From a virus, in the IMG/VR virus record IMGVR_UViG_3300045988_092645, positions 1-50,347 of that record: DNA of 50,347 bases. One strand, 5' to 3'. The notes under the pieces are model-generated. The model saw nothing but the letters and a program-made list of their open reading frames with translations. It was not told the DNA's origin and did not search any database. Positions within the stretch are counted from its first letter, which is position 1, and every line of letters starts with the position of its first letter. The position numbers and the translations under genes were made by a program. This document shows, piece by piece, positions 8,193 through 14,722 of the stretch.

Positions 8193-8726
8193 TTATGTGT
8201 TTTTAATTTGGCAATCATAACCTTTCTTTTTCAATTTATCTTGCAATATTTTTGTTTCGTCTTCTGTCTTGCATGTTATAATAACAAGGTGTTTTTCTTT
8301 TACTTTAAATTTTACTTCCTTCAAAGCTTTTTCTAAATCATCATCTGTCATGTTTGTATCAAAGCCAAACAAATCCATGTCTATATCTGTAAGCTGTTCT
8401 ATTTCTTCATCAAGTAAACTATAATCCCATTCGCTTTCATTCAGTTTATTATCTACCAACCTATATGCTTTTATTTGTTCTTCTGTTAATTCATCTAAAC
8501 ATACAGTAGGCACTTGTTTTAATCCTGCTTTCTTTGCTCCTAAGATTCTTCCATGTCCTGCTACTACGCAATCATGTTTATCAATTATAACAGGCTGTGT
8601 AAATCCAAACTCTTTGATACTATTGGCTATCTGTTCTACCTGTTCTTTGTTATGTTTCTTTGCATTTTTCTTATACGGTTTTAACTCTTTTATTAGTCTA
8701 TATTTTATGTTTAGCTTTTCTGACAT
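8193..8726 (-). CDS. ParB/Srx N-terminal-domain protein (possible DpdB-like partner)
   Basis: LKPYKKNAKKHNKEQVEQIANSIKEFGFTQPVIID...VVAGHGRILGAKKAG is the ParB-like nuclease/NTPase domain signature. The start is at 8726 or 8750. Confidence 0.7.
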   Translation of the reverse strand: MSEKLNIKYRLIKELKPYKKNAKKHNKEQVEQIANSIKEFGFTQPVIIDKHDCVVAGHGRILGAKKAGLKQVPTVCLDELTEEQIKAYRLVDNKLNESEWDYSLLDEEIEQLTDIDMDLFGFDTNMTDDDLEKALKEVKFKVKEKHLVIITCKTEDETKILQDKLKKKGYDCQIKNT

Positions 8727-8733
8727 ATCCCTT

Positions 8734-8925
8734 TTACACTCCTTTCTCATCTGTTATATGCATTATCTGTTTACCACAAAATGGACAATACCAACTATCA
8801 AGCATTCCCTCAAACATAACAGGGAACCATGATTCTTCTAGTTCATAATCGCATTGTGTTATCCATGCTTTTTGTTCTTGTTCTGCATTTGTTTTCTTTA
8901 TTTTCATCCATCTACATCTGTTCAT
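8734..8925 (-). CDS. small zinc-ribbon-like protein
   Basis: Track ORF with an AAAGGAG RBS and a C-terminal CPFCGK. Confidence 0.5.
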   Translation of the reverse strand: MNRCRWMKIKKTNAEQEQKAWITQCDYELEESWFPVMFEGMLDSWYCPFCGKQIMHITDEKGV

Positions 8926-9022
8926 GTTCTATACTCCTTTATTATTGTTCTGTTATGTTTTGTTGTTCCGTTCTAATATTGTTTGTTTATATATATTATA
9001 TTAAATATATTTATATATTATA

Positions 9023-9187
9023 TTATTCAGATACATAAAATGCACACTTTATATAACCACCTAAATTATAATATTTGTTTTTATCATATTTCTTTTCTAA
9101 GATTTGTTTTAATTCTTTTGTTCTATCTTTATACATACAATTATTCTTATTGCCGCAATTATTACAATTTATATTAATTACAAACAT
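9023..9187 (-). CDS. small Cys-rich protein (54 aa, below the track cutoff)
   Basis: AAAGGTGG RBS 6 nt before the ATG at 9187. Translation: MFVININCNNCGNKNNCMYKDRTKELKQILEKKYDKNKYYNLGGYIKCAFYVSE*. Confidence 0.45.
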   Translation of the reverse strand: MFVININCNNCGNKNNCMYKDRTKELKQILEKKYDKNKYYNLGGYIKCAFYVSE

Positions 9188-9294
9188 ATTAGACCACCTT
9201 TCTAGGCTTCATATAGGCTCATATATACATTCTATATATTTTTACAGGGCATTTATACCCTTATACCTTAAAATGCTTCTATGGCTCTATTTGA

Positions 9295-10062
9295 CTAAAT
9301 AATAAAAATACCTGCATCTGCTTTTGAACCTTTGAAATAATCTGCTTTTGAACCATCGCCAACATTTATTGTTTTCATAATCCATGCAAGTGATACTTCC
9401 TTAAGCTGTCCACTTGTTGCAATTACTATTTTACCATTAAGAGCGAATCCTAAAGCAACATAAGTATGTATTGGATTCTTTTGTTCAATCACTACTTTTT
9501 TGCCTGCCTTTAGAGTTTCTTTGATTATCTTTCTAATATTTGTTTTATTATTTTGTTTTACATCATGGTAAACAGGTTTCTTTTTTGATATTGCTTTTAC
9601 TGTTTTATACGCTCCATGAATTGCTACCTTACTACCATTAAACTTATAATGGCTTCTGCAATACTTATTTATTTCGTATGGACTTTTATTTATTCCATAA
9701 GTCTCTAATGCTTCTACAATAGCGGCAATGGAACAACCATGTTTTGATATATACTCTCCAAAACTATATTGTTTTACGACTTTGATTCTTTTGTTTTGTT
9801 TCCCATTACTTAATACAGCTACCCATGGATATTTTTTATTTTTCTTTTGTTTTTTCTTCAACACAAGTCCTTTAACATATTTGGCATTTATATATCCTGT
9901 GATGTTACAATACTGTACTTTTACATATGGGATGTTTTTATCCCACACATATTTTTTGCCAACAATGTTAACTACTTTATTCATTGGTACTGTTCCTAAA
10001 ACCTTACCTTTTCTGTTTGGTTTTTGCCGAATACTCAATGAATTATATACGTTGCATACCAT
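9295..10062 (-). CDS. SH3b domain + papain-like cysteine peptidase (putative cell-wall hydrolase)
   Basis: N-terminal SH3b-like segment (SIRQKPNRKGKVLGTVPMNKVVNIVGK...YVKVQY...GYINAKYV). C-terminal Cys/His pair (HGCSIAAIVEAL ... IHTYVALG). Confidence 0.45.
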   Translation of the reverse strand: MVCNVYNSLSIRQKPNRKGKVLGTVPMNKVVNIVGKKYVWDKNIPYVKVQYCNITGYINAKYVKGLVLKKKQKKNKKYPWVAVLSNGKQNKRIKVVKQYSFGEYISKHGCSIAAIVEALETYGINKSPYEINKYCRSHYKFNGSKVAIHGAYKTVKAISKKKPVYHDVKQNNKTNIRKIIKETLKAGKKVVIEQKNPIHTYVALGFALNGKIVIATSGQLKEVSLAWIMKTINVGDGSKADYFKGSKADAGIFII

Positions 10063-10280
10063 TACACATTCCTCACTTTATATATATAATACTTACTACG
10101 ACTACTTCTACGCTTTCTTTCTGCCAGATGGGATATATTGCTTACTGTAGTTCCTAAACGCTCTGCAAGGTCTTTCTGACTGTCACAAACACATATCGGG
10201 AACTCATATCTATCTGGTGTTGCCGCAATCCATAATACCTTTGATTCTTTCTTTTTGTTCTTCTTTTGTTTTGTTTTCAT
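10062..10280 (-). CDS. small HTH DNA-binding protein
   Basis: QKDLAERLGTTVSNISHLAERK helix-turn-helix. ATGA start/stop coupling with the upstream gene. Confidence 0.5.
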   Translation of the reverse strand: MKTKQKKNKKKESKVLWIAATPDRYEFPICVCDSQKDLAERLGTTVSNISHLAERKRRSSRSKYYIYKVRNV

Positions 10281-10780
10281 GGTTTGTAAACATCTTCTCC
10301 CCAGTCTTCTGATTCATCCTCTAAATCCCAGTATGCATCCTCGTCTGATAATTCTTGCTGTTCTTGCTCTGTATTACTTTGCACAGGGACGAGATTGATA
10401 TTGATACCTTGTGTTATGTTACCTGTATCCTCTAGAATGTCCAACCTGTCCATCATATTCACAATCTCTCTGATTGCCTGTACATCGCCTTTAACACCTT
10501 TCATGTACAAAGATACCATCAACAACACTTTGTTTGTTATCTTCTTATCTGTTATGCCAAATGATTTTAAAACTTTCCTTTGCTTTTCAGATTGTACACC
10601 TAAATCAAGAATACTTCTCATACAATTTTGTAGTTCCATTTTCTTTCTATTGTTTTCTTTTTTCTTCTCATGAGATTTTCTTACTATCTCTTGCATTTCT
10701 TCTGGTGTTCTGTTTCTGAAATTATATTTATCTATTTTTCCATCTTTAAAACTCTCTGGCATTTCTCCCTTTCTACCCAA
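10277..10780 (-). CDS. putative terminase small subunit / DNA-binding protein
   Basis: YMKGVKGDVQAIREIVNMMD resembles the ...G-D-x-x-A-[IL]-K/R-x-[IL] helix of small-terminase-like proteins. Acidic C-terminus. TTG start 10 nt after GGAGG. The call is weak. Confidence 0.3.
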   Translation of the reverse strand: MGRKGEMPESFKDGKIDKYNFRNRTPEEMQEIVRKSHEKKKENNRKKMELQNCMRSILDLGVQSEKQRKVLKSFGITDKKITNKVLLMVSLYMKGVKGDVQAIREIVNMMDRLDILEDTGNITQGININLVPVQSNTEQEQQELSDEDAYWDLEDESEDWGEDVYKP

Positions 10781-10811
10781 CTTTTGTTTCCCTCCTTTTT
10801 TTGTTTTAATA

Positions 10812-10839
10812 TTTAAAAAGGCGGTATTTATTTACCGCC
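10812..10839 (-). terminator. intrinsic terminator
   Basis: Stem GGCGGUA/UACCGCC (7 bp, 6-nt loop), followed on the minus strand by UUUUU. Confidence 0.7.
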
Positions 10840-11043
10840 TATATTTTAATACGACATAATCAATTAACAACTACTTTGCATTAACCAACTTAACTTAAAA
10901 GGAATCTTTTGTGAGTTACCATGCATAATTTTTAAAAATTTATCTTAAACTAAACCAAGATTATGTCGCATCATTATTTAGTTTTATGTTAATGGCGAAT
11001 ATTTAATGGCTATTCCTTCCTCAATTATCCTTATGAGTTCCAT
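10812..11043 (-). ncRNA. candidate non-coding transcript (promoter-to-terminator unit with no credible ORF)
   Basis: Bounded by the 11050..11078 promoter and the 10812..10839 terminator. Only 9-20-codon ORFs without RBS are present. A 10-bp long-range pairing GCGACAUAAU / AUUAUGUCGU encloses about 100 nt. Confidence 0.3.
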
Positions 11044-11049
11044 GTATAT

Positions 11050-11078
11050 AATATATCATAATACCTTTTATTTGTCAA
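11050..11078 (-). promoter_or_regulatory. sigma-A-type promoter
   Basis: -35 TTGACA (11073..11078), 17-nt spacer, TGaTATATT (-10 at 11050..11055). Confidence 0.5.
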
Positions 11079-11479
11079 GGCTTTTCTTGCATATATTCTT
11101 CTAGTTCATACACATACTGTATTAATTCCTGCCACCTGCTTCTATCTACTTCTATCATTCCTCTTTCATTTACTTTAGTAAACCTTTCTCTTGGCTTTGG
11201 TATAAAATCTTCATTCATATTGTGTAATTTCTGATAGGCTATCTTAACTGCATATGCTATGCACATCAAGCAAATTGTTATAGCAAATGCATCTATTGCA
11301 TCACACTTGATATAAGCCACCATAACGACCACATACAAGACTTTTACTACTGTACCTATCTCTCTAGCGTTTTTATATATAAAACCTGCTACACGCTCCA
11401 CCAGAGCGTCAAAACCACATAAGATAGCTTTTAATAAACTACATACCCATAATTTCATATTTTCTACGTTCAATCTCAT
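11075..11479 (-). CDS. membrane protein, function unknown
   Basis: Track ORF 11075..11506. The ATG at 11479 follows a GGGGGG RBS. Hydrophobic helices are present (VVKVLYVVVMVAYI, AFAITICLMCIAYAV). Confidence 0.5.
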   Translation of the reverse strand: MRLNVENMKLWVCSLLKAILCGFDALVERVAGFIYKNAREIGTVVKVLYVVVMVAYIKCDAIDAFAITICLMCIAYAVKIAYQKLHNMNEDFIPKPRERFTKVNERGMIEVDRSRWQELIQYVYELEEYMQEKP

Positions 11480-11954
11480 TTGTTGCCCCCCTGTCTGCCA
11501 AATCATTTAATAAATCACTTGAATGTCCTTTTACCTTAACAAAATTAATATACATACCTTTTTCATAAATCAATTTTGCCATGCGTTCCCAAATTCTTTT
11601 GTTTTTAACTTCATTACCTGTAGAAGTCTGCCAACCATTTGATTTCCATTTTAATAACCAACTATTAATTACAGGGTTCACAACATACGCTGAATCGGAA
11701 TAGATTGTAACTTCCTTTACTCCTTCCCTATATGCCTTTAATATAGCATTGTAAGCGGCTAGTAATTCCATTTCATTGTTTGTGGTATCATCTGACCCAC
11801 CTACTGTCGTTTCTGTTTTATATTCATTCTTATAAGGTACTACCTCAACATAACACCATCCACCAATGCCCGGATTACCAGAGCAAGCACCATCTGTATA
11901 GAAGGTTGCTTTTGTTTTTGGCATAATCAATTCTTCATTTTTGTTTTTACTCAT
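11439..11954 (-). CDS. rnhA: ribonuclease HI
   Basis: FYTDGACSGNPGIGGW, NNEMELLA, IYSDSAYVVN, WKSNGWQT, VKVKGHS...NDLAD. Confidence 0.85.
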   Translation of the reverse strand: MSKNKNEELIMPKTKATFYTDGACSGNPGIGGWCYVEVVPYKNEYKTETTVGGSDDTTNNEMELLAAYNAILKAYREGVKEVTIYSDSAYVVNPVINSWLLKWKSNGWQTSTGNEVKNKRIWERMAKLIYEKGMYINFVKVKGHSSDLLNDLADRGATNEIERRKYEIMGM

Positions 11955-12355
11955 TCTTTCTGTTCTCCCTTCTTTATCTCGTCATAAAATACTATGGCTG
12001 TCTTTGCGAACAATTCCCATATTGTTTTCCCTTCAATGTTTGTTATCCATTCACCTTCCACATCAACAATACCATGTGTATAAAACACAAATTTTGTTTT
12101 ATGCGGCTTTTTTGTTTTGTCTGTTTCAAAATATGAATTTATCCACTGCGTTCTATAACCATACTGTATCCTAACAAACTGCAAAAACTTCTCTAACTGT
12201 TCTAAAGGAACTATGTCTCCTTTTTCGTATCCCAATTTAATCATTTTCTGTTTGATAGGCTTAATATTCCATAATATCTTATTAATCTTTTCTTTTCCTT
12301 CTTGCTTTCTACAATCAATCAATAACATTTCTTGCACTTTTTCACTCATTCTCAT
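11951..12355 (-). CDS. hypothetical protein
   Basis: Track ORF 11951..12382 starts at a TTG inside the terminator T-tract. The ATG at 12355 follows GGAGAG. Confidence 0.5.
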   Translation of the reverse strand: MRMSEKVQEMLLIDCRKQEGKEKINKILWNIKPIKQKMIKLGYEKGDIVPLEQLEKFLQFVRIQYGYRTQWINSYFETDKTKKPHKTKFVFYTHGIVDVEGEWITNIEGKTIWELFAKTAIVFYDEIKKGEQKE

Positions 12356-12370
12356 GCTGTTCTCTCCTAA

Positions 12371-12407
12371 ATAAAAAGACAAGTAAGTTTTGTTACCAAC
12401 CTACCTG
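12371..12407 (-). terminator. intrinsic terminator
   Basis: 10-bp stem CAGGUAGGUU/AACUUACUUG (2 G.U pairs), 8-nt loop, then UCUUUUUAUUU. Confidence 0.55.
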
Positions 12408-12475
12408 CCTTTGCAATTTGATTAATTAACTTTATTATTATATACTGCTAGAGCATATTCCCCATATCTGTTGAG

Positions 12476-13036
12476 TTAAATTTCCCAATCGTCCTCATCG
12501 TCTTCTTCTTCCTCAACCTGTGCTTTTGTATTTGTTTTCTTTGCGGCTTCTGCATCTGCCTTTTTAAGAATCTTTGCATAAACATCTGCTGACTTCTTAG
12601 GAACTGCGGTTAATCCTCTATCTTTACACATTTTGTAAAGTTCCTTCGCTGTCTTACCTGCATATGGGTCTGTTTCCTGCTCTTCTTCATCTTCCCAATC
12701 ATCCTCTGCATCCTGTGCGGCATCATTTTCTTTCAGAACTGCGATTAATGTTTTCTTATCACGCTTCTTACACTTAGAAGAAATACCTCTCTCACAACAT
12801 AACTTATAAAGTGCTGTGCTTGTCATGCTTTCATAATCATCTGCATCTTCTTCTGTTTCTTCTTCCTCTACTTCTGGCTCTGATTTAGCCTTTGCCGCTT
12901 TCTTTCTTCTTCCCGGCTTCTTTACTTCTTTCTCTGTCTCTTCCTTCTGGTCTTCGCATCCTTCAAGCTTTGCTTTTAATCCTGCTAACTCTGCTTCCTT
13001 AATCTCGATTACCATTTCTAATTCTTTGTTTGTCAT
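12476..13036 (-). CDS. highly acidic protein with two HeH/SAP/Rho-N-like motifs and a DDW tail
   Basis: TSTALYKLCCERGISSKCKKRDKKTLIAVL and TAKELYKMCKDRGLTAVPKKSADVYAKIL, each preceded by an acidic run with Trp. Ends EEEEDDEDDWEI. Confidence 0.6.
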   Translation of the reverse strand: MTNKELEMVIEIKEAELAGLKAKLEGCEDQKEETEKEVKKPGRRKKAAKAKSEPEVEEEETEEDADDYESMTSTALYKLCCERGISSKCKKRDKKTLIAVLKENDAAQDAEDDWEDEEEQETDPYAGKTAKELYKMCKDRGLTAVPKKSADVYAKILKKADAEAAKKTNTKAQVEEEEDDEDDWEI

Positions 13037-13095
13037 GTTCTTGTTCTCCTTTTCTTTTTAAATTGATTGTTTATCTGCTTTTTGTTTACATTTAT

Positions 13096-13124
13096 ATTAT
13101 AACATATGAGCTATGTTATGTCAA
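13096..13124 (-). promoter_or_regulatory. sigma-A-type promoter (perfect consensus)
   Basis: -35 TTGACA (13119..13124), 17-nt spacer, TGtTATAAT (-10 at 13096..13101). Confidence 0.75.
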
Positions 13125-13131
13125 CAAGTTT

Positions 13132-13377
13132 TTAATTAATTTGTTCTAATGTTTTGTTGATTGCATCACGCAAGTTTACAAGTCCTTCTTTAGAAACAAT
13201 TCCTAATCCATTCTTTAAGAACATTGTTGTGTCTTTTTCTCCTTCATGGATTACAATTTGTTCTGATACCGCATAACCTAATGTTTCACCATCAAGTGTT
13301 GCGGCTTCTGAAATCACAACATTTCTATTTTCTTTTGTCTGTGCTTTTGCAAGCTGATTATACTTTAATCGTCCCAC
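13132..13377 (-). CDS. hypothetical protein
   Basis: Track ORF with a GTG start 7 nt after GAGGAUG. Confidence 0.5.
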   Translation of the reverse strand: MGRLKYNQLAKAQTKENRNVVISEAATLDGETLGYAVSEQIVIHEGEKDTTMFLKNGLGIVSKEGLVNLRDAINKTLEQIN

Positions 13378-13748
13378 TCTGTTTCATCCTCACTCTCTGT
13401 TGTTTCTGGTAACTCTAATACCGCTAAAAATCTAAGAGGTATATATTCCTCGTCAACTAAACTTGTAATCTTATCAAGATTAACATTCTCGGTTAACGAC
13501 TTAAAAGGAATAACTGCATTTCCATCCCTGTCAAAATTGATACCTCCGATAGTAAACATTCCTAAGTTTGCTAACTCACCGCCAAGCTTTGCTTGAATTG
13601 TAATGTCTGTATTTAATCCCTGTAAGAGTTCTACAGACGTTACCACTTCATCATATCTTAATTTGACCTTTAAGGTTACCTGCTTGTTTTTACCGATATT
13701 CAAACCCTCAAAGGTTGCTACACCTTTTTGTCTGAATTTCTTTTCCAC
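13365..13748 (-). CDS. hypothetical protein
   Basis: Track ORF with a GTG start after GGAG. Confidence 0.5.
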   Translation of the reverse strand: MEKKFRQKGVATFEGLNIGKNKQVTLKVKLRYDEVVTSVELLQGLNTDITIQAKLGGELANLGMFTIGGINFDRDGNAVIPFKSLTENVNLDKITSLVDEEYIPLRFLAVLELPETTESEDETEWDD

Positions 13749-14263
13749 GTTGCTTTTCTCCTTTCTTTTATTTTTGCTTTAAAATCTCTGTCCTGTTGTT
13801 CTCTCTCCTGTTCCATCTGTTTATAAAACTGCTCTCTTGTACTACGCATTTTATTAATATCTCTATTAACCTTTTGCGTATCTTTATTATATTCCTTTTC
13901 TTCTTCAATGTCAACACTTTTTTGTGAAAATGTTTCATTTTGTTTTGCTTTTTTATATTCTTGATACTCTTTGAACTCTTCTTCTGGTATCATAACATAT
14001 ACACTATCTGTTGTTAAAAACTGTAATGCAAATATAGGTATCTTATGTGAGGTACAAGCATGATATTCTAATGCATTAATATCTTCTTGCTTTACACTTA
14101 TACTCTTGTTGTCTGTTGACTTTAGTTGGCACATAAATAAATCGCTTTCCCCATCTTCTTTCTGAATCCATCCTGCACCAGAATTAATTGTAGGGTTAAT
14201 GCCTAATCTATGCATTACTTCCGCTTCGTTCTTGCGATAAAATCTTGTTGACCTTTTATCCAT
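13718..14263 (-). CDS. putative PD-(D/E)XK-like nuclease
   Basis: NSGAGWIQKEDGESDLFMCQLKST resembles the SGxG...D...[EQ]xK arrangement of small phage resolvase-like nucleases. Lys/Glu-rich tail. Tentative. Confidence 0.35.
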   Translation of the reverse strand: MDKRSTRFYRKNEAEVMHRLGINPTINSGAGWIQKEDGESDLFMCQLKSTDNKSISVKQEDINALEYHACTSHKIPIFALQFLTTDSVYVMIPEEEFKEYQEYKKAKQNETFSQKSVDIEEEKEYNKDTQKVNRDINKMRSTREQFYKQMEQEREQQDRDFKAKIKERRKATWKRNSDKKV

Positions 14264-14630
14264 TATTTCTTATCCTTCTTTCTGCTATGCTTAATATCTT
14301 TTGTTTGTCTTTTTGTTTTAATCTATCCCATAAATCAAAACCTGTTGTTCCATCATAATCGTAAAACACATATCCATATTGTGTATTTACTTTAATCCAT
14401 TCTTCTGTATGTTCTTTCTGTATGCTTGTTAATTGCCTTGCTATCTCGTCATAGTGTTTATCAGTCCATACACTATCATCTAACATATAATATAAATAAC
14501 TGTGAACTAATATTACTCTTTGCAAGAATTCAACCTTCATTGCTTCTGTCCAATAAATAGGAAATTTATAAATTATATCACCTTCTTTTCCTGATTTGTT
14601 CTTTCTAATGTTTTCATTTCCTTTTGACAA
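14256..14630 (-). CDS. hypothetical protein (start uncertain)
   Basis: The track start is a TTG lying at or beyond the predicted transcription start of the 14635..14663 promoter. The next in-frame ATG is at 14540. Confidence 0.45.
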   Translation of the reverse strand: MSKGNENIRKNKSGKEGDIIYKFPIYWTEAMKVEFLQRVILVHSYLYYMLDDSVWTDKHYDEIARQLTSIQKEHTEEWIKVNTQYGYVFYDYDGTTGFDLWDRLKQKDKQKILSIAERRIRNNG

Positions 14631-14634
14631 TTAT

Positions 14635-14663
14635 ATATTAACATATAGGCTATGTTTTGTCAA
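14635..14663 (-). promoter_or_regulatory. sigma-A-type promoter
   Basis: -35 TTGACA (14658..14663), 17-nt spacer, TGtTAATAT (-10 at 14635..14640). Confidence 0.55.
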
Positions 14664-14689
14664 CAACTTTTTGAAACTTTTTTAAAAAC

Positions 14690-14722
14690 ATAACAAAAAT
14701 AAAAGGTGGCTGTTATGCCACC
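14690..14722 (-). terminator. intrinsic terminator overlapping the AAA+ gene stop codon
   Basis: Stem GGUGGC/GCCACC (6-nt loop), followed by UUUUAUUUUUGUUA. Confidence 0.65.

Noticed and set aside
10960-11020. PreQ1-type riboswitch within the 10.8-11.05 kb non-coding RNA. A small hairpin GAAUA-9-UAUUC is followed by an A-rich ...CAUAAAACUAAAU tail, which is tempting given the 7-deazaguanine genes.
   Set aside because: The resemblance is loose, with no convincing P2/pseudoknot complementarity. The element is not upstream of the yhhQ/dpdA genes. It cannot be supported without a covariance-model scan.
14256-14630. Resemblance of LVHSYLYYMLDDSVWTDKHYDEIARQL to the N-terminal Ia domain of NAD-dependent DNA ligase.
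   Set aside because: The similarity covers a single short helix-like stretch in a 124-aa protein with no adenylation-domain motifs. It is too weak to call.
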